From positions 66,650,001 to 66,714,000 of the forward strand of contig NC_043009.1 in NCBI RefSeq assembly GCF_006345805.1: DNA of 64,000 bases, written 5' to 3'. The stretch comes from Octopus sinensis (taxonomy: Eukaryota). A model generated the notes under the pieces. It did not search any database and was not told where the DNA came from. It was given only the letters and a program-made list of their open reading frames with translations. This document shows, one piece after another, positions 13,071-24,689 of the stretch; position 1 is the stretch's first letter; each line of letters begins with the position of its first letter. The position numbers and the translations under genes are program-made.

Positions 13071-14449
13071 CCGTCCGGAGTTCAAATACTTTCGAAGTCA
13101 ACTTTGCCTTTTATCTTTCTAGAACCAATAAAATATAACCCCAGACCAGGTCACAGACTGGTAACATTGATGCAGTTAATGTTTTTCTATCTGAACATCT
13201 ACAGGACTGATGTCTGCAGGAATAGTTGGCGAGAATTTCCAGTGGGTTGCATGTTGCAATGTGCTTATGTGGTGTGGCTATTAATACAGGTTTCGAATAA
13301 CAAGAAAGAGCGATGAGTATATTAAGTGGAATTGAGCGGCGTCTGTGTGAGTCGGTTGATGTAAAGTGTTCTCATAAGACACATTGCTTTTCTCTTCGAT
13401 GTAGATATGTGTGTATTTAAGAGGCCAATCCTCCGAGATGAGTTGTGGCCAGGACAAGCACGGGCAACCTTCTACGAGAAGGCCGCATGAGAGCTGGATC
13501 ATCATCAGCTGGACAGCACCACCAAAAAAGTTCAACATAATGCTTTGCTTAGGCGTACCATTCAGAAGGTCCTCGGGCCGCAGTTTGCCTAGGACTGGAC
13601 TAGAGCTTTGCAGTGGATAATACCTCAGCCTGTGGAGTAGAACAGACAGACCAAAGGTGAGTAAATTGCAATTTCTAGATTAGAAATAAAGCCATTGGGT
13701 TGCAATTTTGGCAATATTTAAAGGTATCTGGTCTACAGAATTGTTTGAGCGCTGAACGAAGATCAAACACCTCGCCTAAAATTTTGCTGGCCTTGTGCCT
13801 TTATTAGAAAACAATAATTAAATCACCACAGATTTTTAGGTCCGGTAAGTTTCAGGGTTTTGCATCTCGGAGTGAAGGGTCACACAATGCTGTTTGTGGT
13901 TGGTGATTGTGTCTTTGTATGTTTGAAACAGACTTGGCTTTATGTTTCATCCGGAGTTTGCTTTGAAGTGTTTCTTCATGAAGTCAGCGCAAATCTAGCG
14001 TAAAGTGATGGTTAGAGTCAGTTTTGATTACGTCTGTTTACGGAAGGCCGGAAGTAATTGAAAAGGTCCGTGATTAATTCGCTCATTTACGTAATGAATA
14101 CGTAAGAGTTTCGAGTATTTAAATGCTTTGCGGTATTAATCTCAGCTCCTTATATTCTTAGTCAAACTCACGCCAAACACAACTTCCTACTCAAGATAAA
14201 ATAAAGACCTTGCTAAATACTGAGGACCATATAATCGACGGTTGCCTCCCAAATATCTGGCCCTGTGACAATTTTATAAATTATTATACTCTCTAAAATT
14301 ATGTGACCCTACAACACGCCACCATATTACACAACGACATCTACACTACATCACTCCGTGAATATATTACGACGCGAGTACAACTACATAACAAGGAGCC
14401 TTCTAAGCAGTGACTCTTAATCTCCTATGACCATGTGTGTATGCCATAC

Positions 14450-14480
<31 letters not shown>

Positions 14481-15034
14481 TGTATGTATGTATGTTTGTA
14501 TGTATGTATGTATGTATGCCATAATCATGGATATTATAATAAATCCATTATCAGGATCAACGACACCATTCAAATTGTACAATCATGCAAATCTGGCTTG
14601 CCACATCGACAAACAGGTCCCTGCCCCGCACACTCATATCACCTCTCCAGCATGGTTTCATATTGCTACAAATGTTGTTTCGCTTACTATATTTGTGTGA
14701 TAGATTATTATATTGAAAATTATTTATATATTGTATTATAATTATTTCTGTACTATTAATGAAATGGGTAACTATTTGTACTGAGCACCGTATATACAGT
14801 AATTGCTTACCTTTCATCAGTTGACTTCACTTTTACTCCTTTTATCGGCAATAAACAGCGATTTCTGAGAATAATAAAAATATTATTTGATGTACTGTAA
14901 TTAATTGAAAACATTTAATGTAATAAGCATTACAATTAAAAACATTGAACAATAAATGAAGTCTTTTCAAAAGCGAAACAAACAGAATTCTTAGGTCGCG
15001 ATAATTATTGCACTCATCATTCCCGATAATCTCT

Positions 15035-15233
15035 TTTCTACTCTAGGCACATTTTTTGGGGGCGGGGGGGGGTCGATTACATCGACCCCAATACGCAACC
15101 GGTACTTAATTCGAGCCCAGAAGGATGAATGGTAAAGTCGACCTCGACGGAATTTGAACTCAGAACATAAAGACAGATGAAATACCGCTAAGTATTTCGC
15201 CCCGTGTGCTAACGTTTCTGCCAGCTCGCCACC
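15035..15233 (-). mobile_element. SINE family A with type-1 tail
   Basis: Head GGTGGCGAGCTGGCAGAAACGTTAGCAC, body GTCGACTTTACCATTCATCCTTCTGG, tail ...TGTGCCTAGAGTAGAAAAGAGATT on the minus strand. Confidence 0.85.
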
Positions 15234-15354
15234 TTTTGCCGATAATCTCTTACCATCATTATAGGAAGGGCCAGCTTTTGTAGTCCACCTCCTCACACAA
15301 ACACACACATATGAAATCATATACATATACATGTGTATGTGTGTGTGTGTGTCC

Positions 15355-15388
<34 letters not shown>

Positions 15389-15394
15389 TTTTAT

Positions 15395-15745
15395 TCCTTT
15401 ATTTGTCTCAGTCATTTGACTGTGGCTATGCTAGACCCCAGGACTTATTCTTTGTAAGCCTAGTACTTTTCTAACGGATCACTTTTGCCGAACCGCTAAG
15501 TCACGACGACGTAAATGCACCAACATCGTTTGTCAAGCGATGGCGGGGGGACAAACACAGACACAAAAATACACACACACACACACATACATATATATGA
15601 TGGGCTTCTTTCAATTTCCGTCTACCACATCCACTCACAAGCCTTTAGTCAGCCCATAGCTATAGCAGAAAACACTTGCCCAAGGTGCCACGCAGTGGAA
15701 CTGAACCCAGAAGTATGTGCTTGGGAAGCAAGCTTCTTACCACAC
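15395..15745 (-). mobile_element. SINE family B
   Basis: Plus strand shows GGGCTTCTTTCAATTTCCGTCTACC...CACTTGCCCAAGGTGCCACGCAGTGGAACTGAACCCAG...AGCAAGCTTCTTACCAC, with internal (CA)n. Confidence 0.88.
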
Positions 15746-15772
15746 AGACACACACACACACACACACACACA

Positions 15773-15823
<51 letters not shown>

Positions 15824-15869
15824 AAAATAAACGCAGACACCACAAAAGGATTAAGAGAATAGCCACTGT

Positions 15870-16135
15870 CCTAAAAGTAACACGATAAAGGCATGAGCCT
15901 GCTCAGTCTTCTGGTCAAGCTCCGTTCGTCTGCCAAGAGTGGTCTGGATAGGTGTGGACAGTGTGGACTGCAGGGCAGCAGACCAGCTATGACGGGATCC
16001 CTGAACCATATCAGTCAAATGGATCCGGAGTCGTGGAAGGTTAATGAATACAACGAGGAGGTAGATGAGGGTCTGATGCAGAGGTCGGAGATGTGTAGAA
16101 GGGATGAAGAGAAGTGGGGATGATAGGTGAGGTGC
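15870..16135 (-). mobile_element. Possible non-LTR retrotransposon 3' remnant (I/Jockey-group-like Cys motif)
   Basis: GC-richer island; broken minus frames give HLR..H..L..YL / TTPDPFD*YGSG / LVCCPAVHT, resembling the PDPC..CG...H...CPA motif. Confidence 0.3.
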
Positions 16136-16799
16136 GTTAAAAAACTCATCTAACTTCAACTGACCTTGGTTGTTAACTGGTTTACATAAATGATAAAGGA
16201 AGTTTTGAATTCCTTCATAATATATTTTATAAAGACGTGTTATAAACGCCTTAATCAAACATAAAAGATTTAAACCCATAGTGTATAAATACGCGTTATA
16301 AGCGTATAATATATATACACAATGGCTGTGTAGTTTATAACGATATACGTTATAAACAAAATGTAGTCAGTTCTGTCCATTGTGATGTTTGCTTGAAACA
16401 CTCTTTCGAAACTTCAGGGAAAAAACAAATGAGATTAATCTAATCCTGCAAAGGGCTTTAGTTGATCAAAGTGAGTGATTTCCATCTGAGAATCGAAACT
16501 AGATCATCGGGACGGCTTTCCAATCACAACCCACCACGTAAAAGTGAAAATTTTTAGAGTTTTTTAGCTGGGATTTTTTTTATTTTTGCATAACTTGGTC
16601 AAGGCCATTCTGGAGCAAAGCCTTCATTGTGTATTGTGACATGTCATTGTTGCGTCATGTAGAATAGTTTATTTAAAGTGGCGGGTTTGACATGATAAAC
16701 GTGGTCATCTCATCATAAACGATGATGCGGTTCTGTGGAGAGCCAAAAGGTGATTACAGCCACGGCGTACAGCGTAAACAACAGACACACACACACACT

Positions 16800-16886
<87 letters not shown>

Positions 16887-16932
16887 CAATCACAAAGTAT
16901 AAATAATGGTCATTACATACTTTTATATATTC

Positions 16933-16964
<32 letters not shown>

Positions 16965-17473
16965 TGTATATGTATATATATATATATATATATACGCACA
17001 TATGCACTCACACATATAGATACATACATGCATACATACACACACACATACATACATACATACATACATACATACATACATGCATACATACATACATATA
17101 TACATACATACATACATACATACATACATACACACATACAGACGTCTTGCAAATAAGCTGCAAATTACATACACGGTGTTTTATATCGCGTAGAACAGTT
17201 CGGTTAAATAAACGTCCAAGTCGGTCGGGAAAATTATTGCTATTACAGCCGTCCAGCGTTAACTGATTCAACCTATCGTGTGAATATCTCAAAGATTTAA
17301 TAATTGACAAAGCAGCGATGGGTAAATAGCAGTGAAAAATAATTCCCACGTTAACTCTAACGTTGAGGGCAGTAGCTTAGAAAACGAAAACCTGTATGGT
17401 TATATATTCGACTATGTACGTATGTATTATTACAGGTCAAAATCTTTTAATACTAAATACGACAATAAATCTC

Positions 17474-17821
17474 TAGTGAATATTAAGCTTATAATTATCT
17501 TATATTTGTACAAACACACCGTTTTGATGACTATATATCTTAAATAACTCTACACTGCCGGGGGTGCAGTAAACCTGTCATAAATATTCTTTATACAAAC
17601 ACTGCGATACTTTATGGTTTGTTAGGAAGGAGGCTGAGCTAATGATATTTTGCGAAGACACTCATTTATTGGTGGGTGATGAATTGGAGAGGAAACTACA
17701 ACGCTTAGGTTTATGACAGGTTTACTGCACCCCCGGCAGTGTAGAGTTATTTAAGACATATTGTGACCAAAAACGGTGTGTTTGCACAAATATAAGATAA
17801 TTATGAGTTTAATATTCACTA
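17474..17821. mobile_element. Foldback/MITE with ~110-bp inverted arms
   Basis: Left arm 17474-17584 (TAGTGAATATTAAG...CTACACTGCCGGGGGTGCAGTAAACCTGTCATAAA) is the reverse complement of 17710-17821 with few mismatches; TA at both outer ends. Confidence 0.85.
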
Positions 17822-18723
17822 ATGTTGCTACACTAGAAACGGCATTCTAAGAACTTATGCCTTCAGTAGATTGGACTCTGCTGCACCCAAGGCTACTAAA
17901 TGCACCAAAACGTTTTGGTGTAAAAAGCAGGGGACTGGTTAAGGTACTTTAATCTGCCTTCTCGTCTGCTGAAAGGTACAACCCCACCGTCTTCTTTCTA
18001 AATATCTTCCGTCTCGTCAGTTTTGCTCACAAGAAATAGGTCGATGTGAGTCTACGATAAAAAAAAGGCACTTGCCCTAAAGACCGTGAAATGGAATCAA
18101 ACCCAGAACCATGTAATTCATAACGAGGCTAACTTTTTAAACCGCACAGCCATGAACGTTGTAGGTTCTGTGTAGATACAAATGTCAGATGTATTATATT
18201 TATCATAAATGTTATTTGTACAAAACCTGCGGTGCATCATCCGGTGCCACAAAGAACACAATATATGCTCTAACATTATATTAATGCTTCATATTCTGCT
18301 AGCGTTTGATTCTGGGACAGCCGAGGTCTTCAAGATCTTCTCTAAAGCAACATTTCATTCTTCTTGAATGTCATGGAGTCTGAACTAAATAACGAGACTC
18401 TGCGTAGTTATTATACTTAAGAAAATAGTAGCTACGTCGCCCTCAATCTACACCTAACTTTTAAAAGTATGTGATTGTGCATTCGATAATGTAGTCCAAA
18501 ATATACATCGACTGAACTTTGACGAGATGGTCATGGCTAGAATTCCTTTCATCATTTGGTTCCTGGACCAAGATGCATTTCGAACTCTACTGATATATTC
18601 TGTCATATGAGAACTGTATATATGCGTGTGTATGTGTGTGTATTTTGTATGTATATATACCTATGTGTGTGTATATATGTGTCTGTCTGTCTGTGTGTGT
18701 ATGTGTCTGTGTCTGTATACATA

Positions 18724-19590
18724 CGATGGGTGTTCATTAAAGGTTTCTCCTGACCCATTTCCAGTTATTGCAGGAAACGGAATTTGTAGAGATATAATCT
18801 TACATGTCTCTACATGTCACATTGTAAACTGCAGCTTTCCACCAGTATTCGTTTGTCTTTTATGGCTGCTGAAGTGGACTAAGATGTTATAATGGGGGAA
18901 GTTGAATGCCGATCAATAATCAGGTTCTTATACTTGAAAGGTCGTGCACCAAAGGTGAAATAAGCTTATGGTGACGATGCACCATCATACGACGTGATCA
19001 AGCACTGGCATCACCAGTTCAGGTGTGGTCTGACATCGGTGGGAACTGCTCCTATTCCTGGAAGACCACATTCCACCATTGATGACGACAGCATTTTGAA
19101 GGATCACCGCATAACTATTCGGCAAGTAGCCCCAGAAATGAAGATAAGTGTGGGTTCCATAGAAAGAATCATTCACGATTATCTGCTTATGCGGAAGTTG
19201 TCTGCACAATGGATTCCCTGGATGATCACACCTTTCCAGAAGCAGTAACGAGTCAATTGCTTTCAGACTCGGCAATGTGCTAAGAAAACGAGGAAGATTA
19301 TTCCGACAGACTTATCACACAGAATAAAGCATGGGTCCTTTACTATGATCCTGAGACTAAAGTCCAGTCGAAGCAATAAGAGCATGATAACTCACCACCT
19401 CCAAAGAAAGCCCGTCTCCAACTCTCAGCTAGCAAGGTGATGTTCACAGTCTTTTGGGACCGGCGTGGAGTAGTGATGATGGATTTTCAGGCAAAGAGCA
19501 CCACTATTAATGGGGCATACCACGCTACTCTGCTGCAGAAAATGCGCAGTGTCATCAAAACAGAGAGGCATGGCATGCATACTCACGATT
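18724..19590 (+). mobile_element. Mariner transposon, 5' part (defective transposase)
   Basis: TIR-like (TA)CGATGGGTGTTCATTAAAGGTTTCTCCTGACC; ATG at 18892 gives MGEVECRSIIRFLYLKG, then AYGDDAPSYDVIKHWHHQFRCG..GRP, RKLSAQWIPWMIT (WVPHEL equivalent), WVLYYDPETK and KVMFTVFWDRRGV; stops and frameshifts. Confidence 0.93.
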
Positions 19591-20034
19591 AGAATTTATT
19601 TGCCTCTTAAATGTTTCTGAAGTTAACGAATGTCCGTGCAGCAAACTTTACCCTCAAATCCCTATTGGTATTACAGGCTGGTATTCGGGTTGTCGCAGGG
19701 ACAGTGAGGAGGAAAAGAGCCGGAAGAAACAAAGACAAGATATTTAATCGAATTCTAAAAAGTCTGACATCTCACTTCTCAGGTATTATATTTTATCGAC
19801 CCCGGAAGTATTAAAAGAAAAATATATTTCGGTGTGATTTGAAAGTAGTCATAAAGGCACTTTTGTGGGACTTAAGGAATGAAGGACCTGTCAATCCACA
19901 TGTGTAACCCAACAGTGTTGTAGTCGTGTAGAAATACGTAAGAATATTCGTGTCTTTCTATACGTGTTTGGGCGTGAATATATAAGTGTATGTATAGGTG
20001 TGTGTGTGTGTGTGTGTGTGAATGTATATCAGGG

Positions 20035-20296
20035 TATCAGATGTTGTTATACAACGTTGGTCACAATGCACTTCACGTTGACACCACCCCTGCTAGCTAG
20101 GCGAGCAGACCAACATTCCCTCTGAACGGAAGGATATTCCGGTACAGAGGTGACCCCTTCACAGCTGCGTGGACTGGAGCAACGTGAAATGAAGTGTTTC
20201 GCTCAAGAACACAATGAGTCACTTGGTCCGGAAATTGAAACAATTATCTAGCGATCGTGAGTGCAACATTCTAATCACTAGGCCACGCACCTTCAC
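20035..20296 (-). mobile_element. SINE family D (tRNA head, CORE-like TGTGTTCTTGAGCGAAACACTT)
   Basis: Minus head GTGAAGGTGCGTGGCCTAGTGATTAGAATGTTGCACTCACGATC; related copy at 53010-53193. Confidence 0.75.
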
Positions 20297-20313
20297 ATAC
20301 AAGTATATATATA

Positions 20314-20401
<88 letters not shown>

Positions 20402-21157
20402 CTTACACAAGCGTATATACGTATGTGTTTGTGCATTTCTACAATATACATACGCGCGAGGAGGCGGAAAGCAGCAGGAGGAGGAGGAGAAATTTTGTTA
20501 GTTCTCGAATATTCATCGAAATTGTAAATGAACATTTGAGCAAACGCTAATACTGCGTTGTCCATCCTTTAACAAGCTACCGCCAATCAGGATTATCCAA
20601 TAATTATGCTGCTGTCAGCTTCCAAGAAGGCCTCTTCTTACTCATCATCAAAGTTCATTTTAATTGCAACGCTGTAGTGCTGTGTGGCGATTTGCACCAA
20701 GTAGCAGACAGGACATATTATCTTTAAATGAGCATGGGGCAGCCATCGTCATACAATGGCCGCCATTTTTCCATCTACTTAATCTGAGAAGTACTTACCT
20801 AATTTTGATTAACTCTCTTCATAATATACATTAATCTGCATGTATGGATTAAAGAACATTTCTTTTTTATTTGAGATAATTGATTTCATAATGATCATTT
20901 CCCACAAACAGCACCCAGAGAACATGGACAAGAGAAAGAACACGATAGTAGTAGGGTGTGCGTCCTGGCCTTGTTATGGCTTTGCGGGTGTTACTAGAAG
21001 ACGCTTTCCGTTAAATAGCTCTAAACACCGAGAACTGAAGAAGTGCAGCAAGGCAGGAACTCACTGCTCTAATCAGTGAACAGTACTGTAAGATTAACAA
21101 AATGTGGTGAGCTTTAAGAGAATAAAGCACGCAGTTCTCTCATCTTTCTTGATTCAG

Positions 21158-21166
21158 ACTACAAAG
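21158..21166 (+). other. Candidate 9-nt microexon (ACTACAAAG)
   Basis: Acceptor TTCTCTCATCTTTCTTGATTCAG directly followed by 9 nt and the consensus donor AAG|GTAAGT; no stop in any phase. Splice signals only. Confidence 0.4.
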
Positions 21167-21299
21167 GTAAGTTATTCATTGGTATTCCACATACAATTGT
21201 GTTACATGTCAGTCCAATGATAACGGCAGTAACTAAGAACTCTTCCCATCAGAAAGGCATCTATCGATATCCGAAGACAGAATATTCTTTTCTGGTCAA

Positions 21300-21697
21300 G
21301 ACACAAGGCCCAATTTTTTTTGTTTTTTTGCGGGGGGTGGTCGAGGTCAGTCGATTAGATCGACCCCAGTACACAACTGGTAGTTAATTTATTGACCCCG
21401 AAAAGATGAAAGGCAAAGTCGACCTCGGCGGAATTAGAACTCAGAACGTAACGGCAGACGAAATACCTATTTCTTTACTACCCACAAGGGGCTAAACACA
21501 GAAGGGACAAACAAGGACAGACAAACGGATTATGTCGATTATATCGACCCCAGTACGTAAATGGTACTTATCTAATCGACCCCGAAAGGATGAAAGGCAA
21601 AGCCGACCTCGGGGGATTTGAACTCAGAACGTAGCGGCAGACGAAATACCGCTAAGCATTTCGCCCGGCTTGCTAACGATTCTACCAGGTCGCCGGG
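21300..21697 (-). mobile_element. SINE A tandem composite (head-body-type-2 tail-body-type-1 tail)
   Basis: The minus strand reads ...GTGGGTAGTAAAGAAATAGG directly into TATTTCGTCTGCCGTTACGTTCTGAGTTC (body restart), ending in GGCCTTGTGTCTTGACCAGAAAAG. Confidence 0.85.
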
Positions 21698-21982
21698 GAG
21701 TTCTTTGAATCAATTCAAAATAGGTTTTTCTACCTATTATATACATTATATTATTCTTGTAATTTACTTAATCTTTACTTTTTAATTGTTATTTTAATTT
21801 TAACTTTTCTATTATATGTAATTTTCTAGATGGTGTAATTTAATTATTCATTTTGAATTGATAAAAGGTGGTGTTTTTCTAATATTTTATATATATTATA
21901 TTGTGTGGAAGTTGATTTAGTATATCTAAATTGAATTCTTTTTCCTTGTAAGTTTGGATTTTATTCCCTCAAATAATAATTA

Positions 21983-22015
<33 letters not shown>

Positions 22016-23356
22016 TTACATATATATACGTACATGATTTATACATATATATGTGTGAATGTATGTATATACATGTTGTACATACATATATGTGTGTATA
22101 TATGTATGCACATATCTGTGTGTACATATGTATATATATGTGTGTGAGTGTGTTCTCATAACGACTAAATTAACAGACTGTATTTCATACTAACGTTGAA
22201 TCTTTGCCGGAAGCCAGAAAGCGTGGTAAGTTTAGTTCATACATACGGGGAGTACTTTTATGAATGGCAGAACAACGGAAGCGAACTAGCGCGGAATTTT
22301 TTGTTCTTTTATCTGAACTCAAGAATATCATTTTAACCTACCACCATAGGTGCATGCTAATATGTAACCACAAACAGGCATACAAAACTGAAAATGCTAG
22401 AGAAAGAAAACAAGTCCACTTCCATTTTGTGAATCCATTCAATTAGTAATGTAGTGAAGATTTGTAAGGCATTCCCCAAATTTTCCAATCGATTTTCCTG
22501 GAATTAGCATTGCGATACGAAGCGAGAGAAAACCTACAGACTTGGTGTTATTTGTGAACTACTAAGGTAAATCAGATCTCCCAGATTTTGGACATTAAAT
22601 GTTCAACTGTAATGTATTGCAGCTACTATTTGTCAGCGTGTGAGAGCAAGACATATAGATCGGAATTAGAATATATAACCAAATGGATTTCCTCTCTAGA
22701 AATAAACGATGGAAATCCATCGGACAGTTGGTCACTATGATTGTATGAAAAGTTAATCGCTAATTCACAAACCACCAGCTGCGATTTAATGATAGACAAT
22801 CCAAAATCTACGGTAACTGTCGATGAGAGATACTTACAGATAAAATAATTGGCCTTAAACACGAACTACCAGCAGTAAATCAAAAACTTTGATATCATAG
22901 GAAATTACACGGCTGTTGGATTATCAACCGTAACGTTACATTAAAGCTATAAAGTCTGAATGCTAGTATGAAAGATCATACTGGCAATAATTCAAACGTT
23001 TCTTATCTGAATTATCTGGTGTCTTTCTTTGTCGAGGTTGAGTGAGACCTGGAATGTAAATATGTAGCACAATAGTGATTCACTAATGTTAAATGTGATA
23101 CAGAGTAAGCCAGGGGTAAACGTGTCCCCTAAAATAAGAAACATCAACAGTGAAAGTCTTCTGACAGTCGTTGCAGAATTAGCGAACGGAAAGCTGACAG
23201 TCTTGTAATGGTATAGAGAGTTACAGAAAATCTGTTAACCTGCGCTAAAAGAATGGACGCTCAGCTTGGTGTGGCAGACTGGTGAACTGTGCTTGGACAG
23301 CACTCGTGTCTAAGAATCAAGAGACACGTGGAGAGAAGCTAGAAGCGGAAACATTT

Positions 23357-23546
23357 ATTTCTTTATTGCCCACAGGGGGCTAAACATAGAGGGGACAAAC
23401 AAGAACAGACAAAGGGATTAAGTCGATTATATCGACCCCAGTGCGTAACTGGTACTTATAAAAGGCTAAGTCGATCTCGGCGGAATTTGAACTCAGAACG
23501 TAGCGGCAGACGAAATACTGCTAAGCATTTCACCCGTCGTGCTAAC
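23357..23546 (-). mobile_element. SINE family A with type-2 tail
   Basis: Plus strand ATTTCTTTATTGCCCACAGGGGGCTAAACATAGAGG...GGAATTTGAACTCAGAACGTAGCGGCAGACGAAATAC...CGTGCTAAC. Confidence 0.87.
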
Positions 23547-24334
23547 ACACTATAAATAGCAGCCAAGGTACCCCCTACCTAAATCACACGCCCATTGTAT
23601 GTAATGTCCTAGATTATCCCTAAAAAGACGGTTTACTGAAGGCTGGAATGTCTTTGATGATAGGTTTGCAGTATCAGGGTTGATTTAAGGCTAAATAACA
23701 ACATTATGGTAAATTTTTATATTAACACCCGCACGATTTTAACTAAGAAAAAAACAAAAAAAAAACTTGATTTTTTGCGTGGAATCAAGTACTCTGACCT
23801 CCTAATATGCTGCAAATCTCTTATTTTGGTTTGGAAAAAATAAGATGGGGGTTCCACACACACACGCACACAATTCTGGAATCATTGGAATATTTTCTTT
23901 TCGTTGGATGAATTCTTGTGACCTCCTAATATTGCAAAATTGGGTTACTTCACGTGAGACTGGTAACTGATGGTTTTGATGTCTTGTTGTTTGTATCTTT
24001 TGGTGAGCCATGGTGCAACCAACAACATGGTAAAAATCCCTGCCATTAATTTGGTGTGGGTGGGTAATATCAAATAATTCAATCACAACATATATTTAAG
24101 TTAAACATGAAAAAAATTGAAATATCATTACTTACATGGAGAAATTGAAATATTATCTTTCAGTATTTTATAAGGTAAAATCTTAAATTATTAATTGACA
24201 CATTATTATCTTACAACAGCAATGCCTGGAAAAATCATGGATTACCTGGAAAAATACGAGCATGAAAAGTAATATTCTTAAGATTATAAACCTGGAATTT
24301 AGTCGTTATGAGAACACACTCGCACACATACACA

Positions 24335-24570
24335 CACAGAGAGGAGAAATGGAAAGACAGGAAAAGACGTCAACAAGAAACTATGGCATTACAACCAGCC
24401 AGGAACAGTCTTCGCTACATTTGCGGTACCTGCCAGAGGGAGTGTTTGTCCAGGATAGGACTACACAGCCACAGCAGGAAATGTATCAGGACATGAAATG
24501 TAAAAGCCGGACTAGACTATTTTATGCACAACTCCATTGTCTCCCGAGACAAAAAGGATGCCAACAATAC
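24335..24570 (+). mobile_element. RTE LINE 3' end
   Basis: ORF 24308-24496 ends KDRKRRQQ...YICGTCQRECLSRIGLHSHSRKC (RTE C..C.R...SRIGL.SH.R.C motif); RTE-like 3' UTR CCATTGTCTCCCGAGACAAAAAGGATGCCAACAA. Confidence 0.85.
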
Positions 24571-24689
24571 ACATATATATGCATACATATATACACACAT
24601 ATATATATGTACAATATGTATATACATACATTCACACACATACATATATATAAATCATGTATGTATATATATATATATAACTAATGTAG

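Noticed and set aside
13406-13656. Strong donor AAG|GTGAGT at 13657 with possible acceptors upstream
   Set aside because: All frames are closed for both acceptors and the segment looks like interspersed-repeat sequence; no independent support.
21720-21975. Very AT-rich stretch suggesting a NUMT
   Set aside because: No recognisable mitochondrial protein, rRNA or tRNA motif in any frame.
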